Shown here: piece after piece, positions 1-13,639 of the stretch
How positions within the stretch are numbered: the stretch's first letter is position 1
How the letters are laid out: the number at the start of each line of letters is the position of its first letter
Program-made: the position numbers and the translations under genes
Notes under the pieces: generated by a model
The model's database searches: none
The model's input: only the letters and a program-made list of their open reading frames with translations
What the model was told of the DNA's origin: nothing
Assembly: GCA_951406725.2 (NCBI GenBank)
Contig: OX597825.1
Span: forward strand, 76,012,001-76,076,000
Direction of reading: 5' to 3'
DNA from: Octopus vulgaris
Lineage: Eukaryota
Length of the DNA: 64,000 nucleotides

Positions 1-1719
1 CTATTTTCTTTGCTTTATGGTGGAAGCAACTCTTGGGAGATTACCATAATGTACCCTGGTTTGTTGCATGGGACTGCCATTTGATGTTAATCTTAGATGT
101 CCTGTGTATGTTGCATTTGGATTTCTTTCCTGTGCCATGAGTGTAGCTGTATAAAGATGTGTAAGAAAGACAGAGAAGAATTGGCCCCCAATACTTGACT
201 GGTACTTTATCATTGATTCTAAAAGGATGAGAGGCCAAATTGACCTTGGCTGGAGAAGAACCTAGAAGCAGCAATCTGGAATGATTCTGCAAAGCATTCT
301 GACACTATCTCTGTTAATCAACTACCTTTCATGACAGTACAATTGCATGATTAAATTTGCTTCACAACTACATGGTTCCAGGTTCAGTTTCATGGTGAAG
401 CACTTAGACACATGTCTTCTACCTATACGCTTGAATGTGTGTGAAATTTTTGGAAACGGAAACTATATTATGAAGTTGAAAGATAACTGTATACTGCTAA
501 ACTATATTCTTGGAGTTATCTTCCTTGCCAATTTTTTTAAAAAAATTTTATTTTCCAGATTTGTACACTCTTAAGATTTTTGTCATCAAATTGATAGGAT
601 AATAGCCAATTAAAGAAAACATTGACTAGTTATTGTGAAATTAGAAGAGAAATTCTATCTCTCATTCACACATATAATCAGTGTGAATTACCTCATTGTT
701 CCTAAACATTTGGCCATTCCGGTTGAACCAACATTCTTTGGATAGGTTTAATGAAGAGATATAACAAGATCGAAATATGCTCATTGCTTTCATCTATTGC
801 CTAAAAATGCAAGGTTCACTCTTTAACTATACTGGCTTACCTCAATTTGTATTGGTAATTAGTTCCAGGACATGCAACTTAACTTGAAACACTCATGGAA
901 AACCATTTAAAAAATTTTATCTTATATTTTTTTTTAATAAATGGTTTGTACATAATTTCACATGTATTTTATTTGTTTTTCCATTTGAATTTTGGTTTTT
1001 AGTTGAGTTTTATGCTTTTAATATATTTGCTGAGATTGACAGTCAGAAAAGACAACTTGAAACAACGTAAATTGAGATATACCTGTATTGTCTGAACTCT
1101 GTCAATACAGACCAAGGCATATAATCCATCAAGACCTGATCTCCACAACGCAAACCCTTTAAAACATTCTACAGCCAGAGATTTATTGAAAACTGCTTGA
1201 CCAGAAACATTACAAAACCTCAGGTTTTTACATGAAACCAACAAGTCTTTAATCTAATTCCAGTTATTACACGTTGGTGTGCTGCCAGCCTTATTCTCTT
1301 TCTTTTACAGTACATCATTGTCACTCTCAGTTTGTGAGATATAAACTCCACTTCCCATTTTGTCTCCAACTTCAAAACTTCTAGGATCTTGTTAAACAAC
1401 TGTAATACTGAGCACATGGCTGTTATTAATTACATACAATGTATTTATGAATACACATCCATTCATTTGAATTGGGCAGCATGCCTCGACTAATGAGTCA
1501 TATTGGTCTTTTGGTAGCCAAAATGTTTCATTTGTGCATGCCATGATTACAGTTGATAACAATAGTTTGATTACGGAACAGGTGATCCTGACCACTGAAA
1601 GTTTGTCTGTTCATCTACTCTGCATCTAATGATATTTACCATTCATTCAATAAAATTCACTTGCCAAAATAGTTCTTATACACCATAATTTCAGCATGCC
1701 CCTTCTCTGGTGGTTACAT

Positions 1720-1880
1720 GCTGTCTAACCTATAGCAGGGACCCTGAGAGGTGCTACTTTTCTGGGTCAGACGAGACCTGGGAGTAATAGTGGCTAACGG
1801 GTGGTTTCACATTCCTCAAAATCTTGGAGTGCCCTAACCAAGAGCTCCACTACTGGATGCAGTTTAAAGTCATATCCACA
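1720..1880 (-). mobile_element. Old SINE relic, possibly a Ceph-SINE-like central domain
   Basis: gggaccctgagaggtgctac...ctgggtcagacgagacctgggagtaatagtgg...cacattcctcaaa resembles, from memory, a conserved cephalopod SINE core; no tRNA head seen. Confidence 0.4.
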
Positions 1881-2701
1881 TTAAAAACATATTTAGTGCT
1901 GCTGTGTATTTAGCACTGTATTACAATGCAATTAGGCTCTAATATATAATGAAAGACCAACTCTTGATGAAGGAGATCTGTGATCAGTGGCATCCTGTCT
2001 TATTTTCAGAAACAGTCTAACTCCCAACTATGTTACATAAGGTGTCATCCTTTTTCGTTTTTAGACATTACTAGCTTAAAAGCTGCTTGATATGGCAGTT
2101 TTTAAAGCAGCTTTTAAGCTACTGACCCTGAATGGGAAGATCTGCAAATAAATCTCTGACTTGTCTTGGAGAATTTGTTGCAATTGCTTCCTCCAGAGTC
2201 ATATTCCAATGATGATTATATCCATCGCAAAAAGTTACATGAAAAATTGCTGAAAATAATCACTGAATTTCGCAATTAATTTCGATTATTTTCAAAATTT
2301 ATTTCCAAGTTATAAAAATTGTTATTGTACAAAAAAATTCATCGCAAAAAATCACAAAAAAAAACAATTACCGAAAACAATTGCAGTAATAAAAAGTTGG
2401 GAATCCAAAACTTCAAGATTGTGGGTCAGAATTCAGCCCAGAATGTTTTTAATTTACTCAGAGTTGGCCTGATTCCAAAATGGTATGATATGTTTGGCTA
2501 TGGCCTCTTGGAGTAAAGTTGAAAAAGTATGATACACTGACATTTGTATTATATTAGATGGTGTAGTTTAAGGAATATTTGTCTCCTGTTTCTTGTACAT
2601 CATGAGATCACATAAAGATCTCATCTTCATTTGCTTATCCTTGTGTTTGTGACTTCCAATATGCTGGTAATGGACACTTATGGAACAGCTAATACTACAA
2701 G

Positions 2702-2867
2702 CAGGGCTGGCCCTGGTGTTACTGGCACCCCAGGCAAGCTGAACTTCAGCATGTACAAGCTGACGGTTGTGGAAATTTCCTTGTCCTTGTCACACCTGCC
2801 TTGGTGCCCTCCAGCACATGGCACCCCAGACACCTGTTCGAGTTGCTGGTGCCTTGAGCTGGCCCTG
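2702..2867. mobile_element. hAT-like MITE
   Basis: Termini cagggctggccct...agctggccctg form imperfect TIRs; 8-bp flanks actacaag/attacagg match at 6 of 8 positions, like a decayed TSD. Confidence 0.55.
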
Positions 2868-3445
2868 ATTACAGGTAAGTCAAAGGTGGAAAACTGACAG
2901 AATCATTAGTAATCCATGCAAAATGCTTAGCAGCTTTTTGTCAGTCTTTACGTTCTGAGTTCAAACTCTGCTGAAGTCAACATTGCCATTCATCAGTTCC
3001 CAGGTGAGCACTTGGATTGATGTAATCGACTTAGCCCTTGCCCCAGACTAAATGACCTTTAGCCAAAATTTGAAACCAGTATTACAGACCAGACAGTACT
3101 TATAACATTTTTATTATTAATTTCTAGAAAAAGATTGCAATTTTCATCAGCAGCATGCAAAGCTACATCAGAACTACATTATTTTGAAAAAATAACCTGG
3201 TGAAAATTTGAAAAATTTCAAATAGTTGGAAGAAATTTAACAAGATCCAACTTCCATATTCATCAACTGATTCTAAATCATTTCTAGGATACATTTGACT
3301 GAATTTCTATCATCTAATTCCTGTTGTATTTCAGCAGATGCGAACATCCTAAGCCTTTGCTGTTCCTCTCTCCTGACATGTCGGGTTGAGATCAGCTTCA
3401 CTTCATGATCAAAGCAAAATCAGTAAAATATTTCTGAGCAGACAT

Positions 3446-3826
3446 ATAGGCGCAGGAGTGGCTGTGTGGTAAGTAGCTTGCTAACCAACCACATGGTTCC
3501 GGGTTCAGTCCCACTGCGTGGCATCTTGGGCAAGTGTCTTCTGCTATAGCCCCGGGCCGACCAATGCCTTGTGAGTGGATTTGGTAGACGGAAACTGAAA
3601 GAAGCCTGTCGTATATATGTATATATATGTGTGTGTGTTTGTCTCCCTAGCATTGCTTGACAACCGATGCTGGTGTGTTTACGTCCCCGTCACTTAGTGG
3701 TTCGGCAAAAGAGACCGATAGAATAAGTACTGGGCTTACAAAGAATAAGTCCCGGGGCCGATTTGCTCGACTAAAGGCGGTGCTCCAGCATGGCTGCAGT
3801 CAAATGACTGAAACGAGTAAAAGAGT
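3446..3826 (+). mobile_element. tRNA-derived SINE family A (CORE-like centre), full length
   Basis: Head ggcgcaggagtggctgtgtggtaag with B-box-like gggttcagtccc, CORE-like cttgggcaagtg, internal (TA/TG)n, tail gagtaaaagagt; 5-bp TSD gacat. Confidence 0.9.
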
Positions 3827-4350
3827 GACATTTGTAGAGAACCTAATACTGCAGTGGAGACAAATCTTTATTTCGATTGGCTGTTTTATTTTTAGTTTGG
3901 TCCAGTTTTAACACTGGGATTTCCCCATTCCTACTGTATCAGTAATTCAGCAAAGCATCAAATCCAATGCTTTTGATGTACCAGGAGTATGACCTGTCAA
4001 GGTTAACTTCATTCATATTCATAGTGTGGAAGTTATCTCCCTTGATTGGATTACTTCTGAAGGAGTAATCCAATCATTTGAAAACGCAAGGATAATCTTA
4101 GCTTATTCTGTCATCTTGTTGCTTTATTCATATCTGCAAATAAAGCAGCCATTTCACAGAATCGTTAGCGCACAAAACAAAATATTTAGCGGCATTTCTA
4201 TCAACTTTGTTCTGTGTTCAAACTCCCGCAAGATTGACTTTGCCTTTCATCATTTTGGGACCAACATAATCAATTAGCCCCTTCCCCCATGATTTCAGGT
4301 TTTGTACCTATAGTAGAAATAAAATATTACATCTGTGAATCTTTACAATA

Positions 4351-4712
4351 TACAGGGTGACCCAAGGAAAAAATGGGAACTTTTGAAAAACCCAACAAAA
4401 ATAAGAAAAATCCGAATCCAGCAAAAAAAATTTCATTGACAGAAAGTAAACAACTTGCCTTTTAATAATTTGTACTTCAAAGTATTAATGTCTGAAAATT
4501 ATGCGCTGTAGATGGTGTCCTCTTCTATATATGCATTTTGTCAATCTGCTTTTGAGGTTCTCATTGCTTGGTGCAACATCTCACTTGGTAAACCACGAAT
4601 TTTGTCTTGAATTTTTTGTTTCAGCTCATCTCGTATCCTTGGCCAAGCCATGTAGACCTGACCCTTAAGGTAGCCCCATAAGAAAACAACACAAACTGAC
4701 AAGTCCAGTGAT
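4351..4712 (-). mobile_element. Tc1/mariner-superfamily transposon, 3' fragment
   Basis: Minus strand translates to ...DLSVCVVFLWGYLKGQVY...DELKQKIQDKI, matching the SPDL..DFFLWGYLK motif; terminus TA|cagggtg. Confidence 0.75.
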
Positions 4713-4924
4713 TATGTAATAGTTAAAGTCTCCATTGTTGTTGAAACTTTATTATGACAAATGAATTTTGAAAATATCTCGATCTAGCTTTCCATTCTAG
4801 CCCCACCAGAACACTGGTAAAGCCATGCTAGCCTTGTACACTTATATTTCTCTCCAACTCATTGCATTATGTTGAAACTCCATATGCGATTTACGGACTG
4901 CAGGCTCTTAGTTTAATACCTTAT

Positions 4925-5302
4925 ACTAGTTTCAGTCATTGGGTCATGGCCATGCTGGAACACTGCCTTGAATGGGTTAGGTAAACAAATGAACCCCTGT
5001 ACTTACAGTTTTTAAAACGCCTGGTGCTTATGCAATCAATCTCGTTTGCTAAACTGCTAAGTTATAGAGATATAAACAAACTAACACCAGTTGTCAAGTG
5101 ATGGAAAAGGATCAAGCACAGACATGAATACACACACAACAGGTTTCCCTACATATTTTGTCTCTCTAATGCACTCACAAGGCATTGGTTGACCCAAGAC
5201 TATAAGTAGGAAACATTTGTCCAGGATGCCATGCAGTAGAACTGAACTTGAAACCATATGGTTGCAAAGTGAGCTTCTTAACCATGCTACCATGCCTGCA
5301 CC
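4925..5302 (-). mobile_element. Older, diverged SINE family A copy
   Basis: Colinear similarity to 3446-3826 in reverse orientation. Confidence 0.75.
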
Positions 5303-5503
5303 TCTTGATTACTATTTAGATTTCAGTGTGGTTGTATGATTAAAAAAATTGTGGTTGTATGATTAAGAAAAATTGCTTTGCAGCCATGTGGTTACAGGTT
5401 CAGTCTCACTACACTGTACCTTGAATAAATGTTTTCTGTTATAGCCCCAGGCTTACCAAAGTTTTGTTGGTAGATGGAAAGTGACAAGCATAGAGTATCT
5501 ATG

Positions 5504-5730
5504 GTGAGCTGGCAGAATCGTTAGCACGCCGGGTGAAATGCATAGCTGTATTTCATCTGCCGTTACGTTCTGAGTTCAAATTCTGCCGAGGTCGACCTTG
5601 CCTTTCATCCTTTCGGGATCGATTAAATAAGTACCAGTTACGCACTGGAGTCGATGTAATCGACTTAATCCGTTTGTCTGTCCTTGTTTGTCCCCTCTAT
5701 GTTTAGCCCCTTGTGGGCAATAAAGAAATA
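5504..5730 (+). mobile_element. SINE family B (tRNA head, Meta-domain-like core)
   Basis: gagctggcagaatcgttagc head, core gtcgaccttgcctttcatcctttcgg...agtaccag, tail aataaagaaata; 10-bp TSD agtatctatg. Confidence 0.9.
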
Positions 5731-6419
5731 AGTATCTATGTGTGTACAACACATATACCCTTATCTTGAAATTATCTGCTAATTGTAAATAAACATCATA
5801 AAAACAGTGTTCTTTGTAATTTTTTGCATAAACATATCTGGCCATTGTGCTGTTCCTGTTTGAAGGGCTAAGAAATATATTACTTAGCAGTAATGAGTAT
5901 TATGAGTAGTACCTGTATTTCAAAGGGTTAGCCTTCTCACACCCTGTGTATCTCCCAGAGGACTAAGTTAAAGCTGCGCATGTTTGTGGAGTACTCAGCC
6001 ATTTGCACATTAATGTCATCAGCAGGCTGTTCCATTGATTGGATCAACTGGAACTCTTGTCATTGTGGCCAATGGAGTGCCGGTTAGTGAAATGAGTCAA
6101 CAGTAGTTTATATCCTATTAGTAGCTCTCCACTATGTCTGGGACAGAGTCACTTAGTCTCATTAACTCAGTCCATTTAATTGTAAATAGGGGGAATAAGA
6201 TGTTTTGGTGAAGCTGTTTCCACTAAGTGTGATCTGATGTTGAAGGCAAACAAACATACACACACACATACACACTTCCCAATGACATAGCTTCAGGTTT
6301 GGTCCCACTGCTCTGTAGCCTGGGCAGATGTCTCCCACTATGGCCCTGGACTGACATTGCCTTACTTGTGAGTGGATTTGGGATGCAGAAACTGAAAGAA
6401 GCACTTCTACTATGTTCAG

Positions 6420-6742
6420 TGAAGGCATATAGCTTAGTGGTTAGGGCACTTGGCTCATGATCATAAGGCTGTGAATTCAATTCCCAGCAATGTGTTATGC
6501 CCTTGAGCAAGACACTTTATTTCCTGTTGCTCCAGTTCACTCAGCTAGCAAAAAGGAATAGTACCTGTATTTCAAAGGGCCAGCCTTTGTCACACTCTGT
6601 GTCATACTGAATCTCCCTGAGAACTACATAAAGTGTACATGTGTCTGTGGAGTGCTCAGCCACTTGCATGTTAATGTCACGAGCAAGCTGTTCCGTTGAT
6701 CGTATCAGCTGGGACCCTCATTGTCGTAACTGATGAAGTGAT
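6420..6742 (+). mobile_element. tRNA-derived SINE family C (other copies at about 5910-6083 + and 15020-15360 -)
   Basis: A box tagcttagtggtt, B-box-like gaattcaattccc; body gtacctgtatttcaaagggccagcc is shared with the other copies. Confidence 0.75.
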
Positions 6743-6928
6743 CCTATCTATGTACATATATCATGATTTAAGTTCTATGTTCCATGAGAATACAGAATCC
6801 GAATGGATATGACAGGTCCAAGGACTGCTTTGTGTTCCAATGTCCTCTTTGGCTTGTTTCCTGTGGCTGGATACCCTTCTTAAGGTCAATATACATATCT
6901 ATCTATCTATATATATATATCTATATAT

Positions 6929-7144
6929 TCTCTTTTACTTGTTTCAGTCATTTGACTGCGGCCATGCTGGAGCACCGCCTTTAGTCGAGCAAATCGACCC
7001 CGGGACTTATTCTTTGTAAGCCCAGTACTTATTCTATCGGTCTCTTTTTGCCGAACTTCTGTGACGGGGACGTAAACATGCCAGTATCGGTTGTCAAGCA
7101 ATGCTAGGGGGACAAACACAGACACACAAACATATACACACACA

Positions 7145-7197
<53 letters not shown>

Positions 7198-7358
7198 GAC
7201 AGGCTTCTTTCAGTTTCCGTCTACCAAATCCACTCACAAGGCATTGGTCGACCCGGGACTATAGCAGAAGACACTTGCTCTAGATGCCACGCAGTGGGAC
7301 TGAACCCAGAACCATGTGGTTGGTAAGCAAGCTACTTACGACACAGCCACTCCTGCGC

Positions 7359-7360
<2 letters not shown>
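6929..7360 (-). mobile_element. SINE family A, full length
   Basis: Near-identical reverse complement of 3446-3826 with an expanded internal (TA)n. Confidence 0.9.
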
Positions 7361-7410
<50 letters not shown>

Positions 7411-7757
7411 CGTTGATTGTTACTGTGTGTACCCTTGTCTTGACATCTTGGATAGTTGTAAACGAGCATCATTGTCGTACAAGCGATATCATTCGTTTGC
7501 AGTCTTACATAAAAGACATGTCTGACCATGGGAAAATATTGCTTTCAGATTTTGGCACAAGACGAGCAAGTTCGTGGAAGGGTTGCAGTCAATTACATCG
7601 ACTGGTACTTATTTTATCAACCCCGTATGGTTGAAAGGCAAAGTCAACTTCAGCGGAATTTCAACTCAGAACATGAAGACGGTCGAAATGCTGCTACGCA
7701 ATTTGATCGACGTGCAAACGATTCTGCCGGCTCGCTACCTTAATCTCTCTCTCTCTA

Positions 7758-8142
7758 TCTATAAAGCTGAAGTTGTCTGTATGGCAGGTTTGGTAGCCTT
7801 CAACTAACACTATCTCCTCCGAGACCCTGCGGTGCAAGTTGACCAAAATTGAGAGTGTGATAGAAGAAGGCTTGCTCTTCCTTCCGTAGAAGAAAAAAAT
7901 TCAAATCGGACCATGTTAACACCAAAAATTATTTACATCAAAAAGGTGCTTTTTTTTCTATGAAAATCCCTATTTTTTACGATTTTTTGTCTGCTGTGTC
8001 GCCATTTTTCGGTGTATTTCAACCAGAAAAATGTTCACTTTTAGAGAATAACAAGCTACATAAATTCAAAATATTTACTTTTTAAAAATTCCAATTCTAA
8101 AGGGTCGAAACAAACCCGAGCAACGCCGGGCGACACTGCTAG
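7758..8142 (+). mobile_element. Non-autonomous Helitron
   Basis: 5' TC(tataaagctg), subterminal hairpin cccgagcaacgccggg, 3' CTAG followed by T; no TSD. Confidence 0.85.
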
Positions 8143-8318
8143 TGTAAGAGAAACAGAAGCATTTATTGAAATGAAAATTTAGAATTAGAACATGGAGTTA
8201 TCTCCCTTTACATGTCGTAACAACACACGGTGATTAAATTATTTGAAAAATGTCGATTTAATTCTTAATTATGAACATTTCTGTACTGTTTATTGTTATT
8301 ATTATTATTTGTTGTTGT

Positions 8319-8788
8319 AAGGCGGCGAGCTGGCAGATTCGCTATCACGTCGGACGAAATGTTTAGCAGTATTTCGTCTGCTGCTACATTCTGAGTTCAA
8401 AATATACCAAGGCCGACTTTGTTTTACAACCTTTCGGGGTCGATGAAATATGTACCAGTTACGCACTGAGATCGACGTAATCGACTAAACCCCTTCTCCC
8501 CAAAATTTTCAAGGCCTTTACCTAGAGTAGAAATAATTATTTGATGTATTCATTAAGGCAGCAAGCTGGCAGAATCGTTAGCACGCCGGCAAAATGCTTA
8601 CCGGCATTTCGTCACTCCTAACGTTCTGAGTTCAAATTCCAATGAAGTCGACTTTTCCTTTCGAGGTCGATGTAATAAAGTACAAGTTGTGTACCGGGGT
8701 CGATATAATCGACTTATACCCATCCCTAAAATTTCAGGCATTGTGCCTATAGTAGAAAGGATTATTATTATTATTATTATTATTATTA
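8319..8788 (+). mobile_element. Two tandem SINE family B-related copies with (ATT)n tails
   Basis: Heads aaggcggcgagctggcag at 8319 and aaggcagcaagctggcag at about 8555; shared core. Confidence 0.8.
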
Positions 8789-9191
8789 GTTTCTGCGATG
8801 GTATATAGCTACTCAGCTAGTGAGAATCAATTAGATCTCTTATAGATTGGAAGCAACATTTTTCTCAGAATCAAAATGACCCACATCAAATGGATTCTGG
8901 AGAGAATCATCGTTGTCGTTTCAACGTCTATTTTTCCATGCTTGCACGAGTTAGACGGAATTTATTGAAGCAGATTTTTCCATGAACAGATGCTCTTCCT
9001 TTCACCCCACTCGCCTGTTTTCAAGCAAGGGCATATTGGAAATGAAGGCCAGTGTTACTCACAGCTGTATGTTGGTGATATAACTGTCACGCATGTCAAG
9101 AGGAGACGCAAACATACATACGATGTGCTTCTTTCAGTTTTCATTTGTCAAATCGGCTCTGAAAGCTTTGTGAAGTGGTACTGAACCCAAA

Positions 9192-9422
9192 GGCGGCGAG
9201 CTGGCAGAAACGTTAGCACGCCGGGCGAAATGCGTAGCCGTATTTCGTCTGCCGTTACGTTCAGAGTTCAAATTCCGCCGAGGTGGACTTTGCCTTTCAT
9301 CCTTTCGGGGTCGATTAAGTAAGTACCAGTTACGCACTGGGGTCGATGTAATCGACTTAATACCTATGTCTGTCCTTGTTTGTCCCCTCTATGTTTAGCC
9401 CCTTGTGGGTAATAAAGAAATA
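9192..9422 (+). mobile_element. Young SINE family B inserted into an old family A head
   Basis: Perfect 15-bp TSD ggtactgaacccaaa at 9177-9191 and 9423-9437. Confidence 0.92.
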
Positions 9423-9823
9423 GGTACTGAACCCAAAACCACACGCTGGGAAACTAGCTTCTTAACCACATAGCCACGTCTCTGCTTACCAACACACGCT
9501 TGTCTGCACCCACAACATCAGAATTTAAAGAAAAAAGACATATGGCTAATGTTATAACAAAAGAGGAACAAACATTGAACTGTATTGCAAGGTTATGATA
9601 TTGAATAAATACGCAAAAACAGAAATATTGGCTTTGACAAATTATAAAATTTCATTTTCTGAATTTTTTTTTTTATTACAGAATGCTAATCTTTTTGTTT
9701 TTTTAATGCAAATGTAAACAATGAAAAGAATGAAACTTGTATATTGAGATTACGCAACAAAATAAAGGTAAAGGGAGATAAGCGTGTACAAGCTTTTGTT
9801 CCCAGTTTACCAAAAGCAGGCTT

Positions 9824-10135
9824 TTAATCCTTTGCCCTATATTACTTTTGTATTAAGAGTAAAGAAAAAAAGCCTCTAATGAAAGAATTTTTTAAAAAAT
9901 GGTAATAAAAAATTGTTACAACATTTCTGTTGAAATACACTTTATTTGCTTCAATTAATTTTGTAAAATAACGAAGAATTTAATAAAGAGAAACTCTCAT
10001 GTAATAAAGCTGGTATTTAGAACATGAATTAACTTGAAATTATCATGAAAAGTTTTAATTAACATGATTTTAAAAGAGTCTGTTTGTATCAAAAGACCAA
10101 AAAACTCGCAGGTGGGTTTGTAACAAAAAGGTTAA
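9824..10135. mobile_element. piggyBac-like MITE (related relic at about 58417-58561)
   Basis: Degenerate termini TTAAtcctttg...caaaaaggTTAA. Confidence 0.45.
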
Positions 10136-10783
10136 CAAAGTGAAATTAAGTTTTCCTTGTTGCAGTTCTTTATTTCTTAAATTCTTTACTCTATAGCTCT
10201 ATAGCATATCAATCCTTCCTTCATTTCAGTTCTAAATCACTTTTCCTTATTGAAAGTGATTATTTATTTGATTTAAATTAAATGTGGTGAAAGCTTTTTC
10301 TATGCATTTTTGCATGCATTTCATACACAAATTGAAAATAGCCCATCACACATACACACATACACACATATATATACATAGTATACAGTAAGTAGAGCAC
10401 TGCCAAAAGACTGATTACAGACGAACTGTAGACAGAAACTTCATTGCAGGATTGCTAGTGAGCTTGTCTTCAGAGAAGGGGTTTCTGATTAGGCGGGACT
10501 TTTGTCACAGACTTTAAATGGCTGATTGCATTCTCTCTCATGGTGTGGTGTGTAACTGAATGAAACAAAATAAATACTACACCAACATTCTTGTTCCCAG
10601 TTGGGGTTTTTGTGTGTGTGTGTAAAGGCGAGATCAACTACAAAAAAAAACTCCATCTGTTTTAGCTTGTATATGCCATCTGAGCACAGACTGAAGATTG
10701 CACCAGACGTATAAAATTCTGTCTATTTGTTTTTATTGCATGAAACTATTAGTAGCTTTTAAAAATATATACAGTATTCATTA

Positions 10784-10816
<33 letters not shown>

Positions 10817-10819
<3 letters not shown>

Positions 10820-11488
10820 TCATCATCATCATCGTTTAATGACTGTTTTCCATGACGGCATGGGTTGGACGGTTTGACTGGGGACTGGCAAGCCATGAGA
10901 CCACACCAGGCCCCAATCTGATCTGGCAATGTTTCTACAGCTGGATACTTTCCTAACACCAACTACTCTGAGAGTGTAGTGGGTGCTTTTTACGTGCACA
11001 TCTCCAGAGGTCTCAGTCTTTCGTCATTGCCTCTGTGAGGCCCAATGTTCAAAGGTCATGCTTCACCACCTCATCTCTTGTCTTCCTGGGTCTCCCTTTT
11101 CCAAGGGTTCCTTCCACTGCTATGGAGTGACATTCCTTCACACAGCTGTCCTCATCCATACCTAGCACATGACCATACCAGTGCAGTCATCTCTCTTGCA
11201 CACCACATCTGATGCTTCTTATATCCAACTTTTCTCTCAGGGTGCTTACACTCTGTCATGTGTGCACACTGACATTACACATCCAGCAGATCATGCTAGC
11301 TTCATTTCTTTCGAGCCTGCACATGTCTTCAGCAATCACGGCCCTTGTTTGACTGCCATGAAGCATGGCAGTTCACACACATGCATCGTACAATATACCT
11401 TTCCCTCTGAGCGAGAGGCCCTTTGTCACCAGTAGAGGTAGGAGCTTTCTGAACTTTTCCCAGGCTATTCTTATTCTAGTGGCAATGC
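10817..11488 (-). mobile_element. RTE-clade LINE, 3' fragment
   Basis: (GAT)n tail, 3' UTR and ORF2 C-terminal coding sequence shared with 35227-37238; internal deletion. Confidence 0.85.
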
Positions 11489-11513
11489 TCTCTGTCTCTC
11501 TGTATATATATAT

Positions 11514-11899
11514 ACTCTTTTACTTGTTTCAGTCATTTGACTGCGGCCATGCTGGAGCACCGCCTTTAATCGAGCAACTCGACCCCGGGACTTATTCTTT
11601 TGTAAGCCCAGTACTTATTCTATCAGTCTCTTTTGCCGAACCGCTAGGTAACGGGGACATAAACACACCAGCATCGGTTGTCAAGCAATGCTAGGGGGAC
11701 AAACACACACACGCATATACATACATTTATACGACGGGCTTCTTTCAGTTTCCGTCTACCAAATCCACTCACAAGGCTTTGGTCGGCCCGAGGCTATAGT
11801 AGAAGACACTTGCCCAAGGTGCCATGCAGTGGGGCTGAACCCAGAACCCGGAACCATGTGGTTGGTAAACAAGCTACTTACCACACAGCCACTCCTGCG

Positions 11900-11904
<5 letters not shown>
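11514..11904 (-). mobile_element. SINE family A, full length
   Basis: Reverse-complement match to the family; small gaaccc duplication in the B-box region. Confidence 0.9.
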
Positions 11905-11944
<40 letters not shown>

Positions 11945-13639
11945 CATCATCATCATCATTATTTAATGTCTGCTTCCTTGCTGGCATGGGTTGGGTGGTT
12001 TGACATGGTGCTGGCTTGCAGGGAGCTGTCCAGATTCTAAATTGTCCGATGTCGCATGGTTTCTACAACTGGATGCCCTTCCTAACACTAACCACTTGGT
12101 TGCTTTTATATATATACTTAGTTGTTTTTTCTGGTTGGTGTGTACATACAAGTATATGTGTGTGTGTGTGTGTGTGAACCTCCATGTTTTGACTTCATAT
12201 AAATGTCACAGTCATCCAAGCAGTGTCCTTTTATGGGAATGTTACCTTATTTGGAAACAAGTGAAGGTTGGCAACAGGAAAGGCATCCTGTTGGAGAAAG
12301 TCCATCTCAATAAATTCCATCCAACCCACGATGCAAGTATGGAAAAGAGGACATTAAATGATGATGATGATGAGGAGGAGGATAATTACATAACGTTAGA
12401 GATTTTGACAAAAGAAACAAAAAATGCAAGCTTTGTATTTAAAAAAAATTTAAAGTTAATCCCAAGTCTTTTAATGTTCCATGTGGATTATTTTCAATGA
12501 TAATTTCAAAATAAGAGGTGTGGCACCATGGTAAAATGTACTCAGTACACTCTATAAGATGGTTGGTACTTAGAAAAGAAGTGAAGCATAGAAATCATAT
12601 TAAAAACGGGACACTCCAAACAAGATATGGACTCTGCAAGCAGGCTGTACTTGCAGGCTACAAGTATAGAAAGACAGTAAACCTGAATAAGAAGTGATAT
12701 GAGGTTGAAGGAATTTGTTGGTCCTGCTGCTTGAGACAATCCTCTTGTGCCACTCACTGGCCAGCTGTGGTGCTGTGTGTAAGTCTGATTGTGCACACAC
12801 TCTGTCCCTGTTGCTGTGTGTGTGTGAAATAGCATTAACTATCACAACTCATCTCTATACCAGCATGGAGCAAGACATGAAATGATGATGAGAGAAATGG
12901 TGATGGTGATAACGATGCTGATGATGATTGTGATGATGATGATGGTGTTAGCAACGTTAAATGGAAAATAGATTAGGAAATCATAGAAGTGAATCATTTG
13001 TGAATCTAACAGAACAAAGATTTCAAATGAAAAAAGAATAATTGTTTCTTGGATAAACAGAAAACCTGAAATCTGAGGGAGGTGATGATGATGGGAGTGG
13101 TCTGGGTTAATCAATGCCATCAACACCAATATATGACTGGTACTTTATCCCATTTGCCTCAGAGGTGTTGCTTTGATATAATACTTTGCACAGCTGTCAT
13201 GTTCACAGACAGTATAGGTTCAAGTCCTAGGGGCAACCTTCGACTTTTGATAAACACGGCAATAGCTATAGGCACAGGCATTGCTGTGTGGTTATAACTT
13301 TGCTTCCCAATCATACAATTCTGGGTTCATTCCTGCTGCATGATACCTTGGGCAAGTGTCTTCTACTATAGCTCTGAGCTGATCAGAGCATTGTGAGTGG
13401 ATTTGGTGGGTGGAAATTGAAGCAAGTCTGTCATATAATATACTTTATACCTCTTACTTGGTTCAGTCATTAGACTGTGGCCGTGCTGGGGCAGCACCTT
13501 GAAAAGTCAAACGAATCATCCCCAGTATTTCAAGCCTGGTACTTATCCTATCAGTTACTTTTGCTGAACTACTAATTTATGGGAATGTAAACAAACCAGC
13601 ACTGGTTATCAAGTGGAATGGGGGACAAACACAGACACA

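Noticed and set aside
2072-2121. 17-bp inverted repeat as a terminator or regulatory hairpin
   Set aside because: No associated gene or U-tract; probably a tiny MITE remnant or local fold-back.
3420-3911. Recurrent peptides such as MPRSGTEPGTMWLVSKLLTTQP appearing as a gene family
   Set aside because: They are translations of SINE family A copies.
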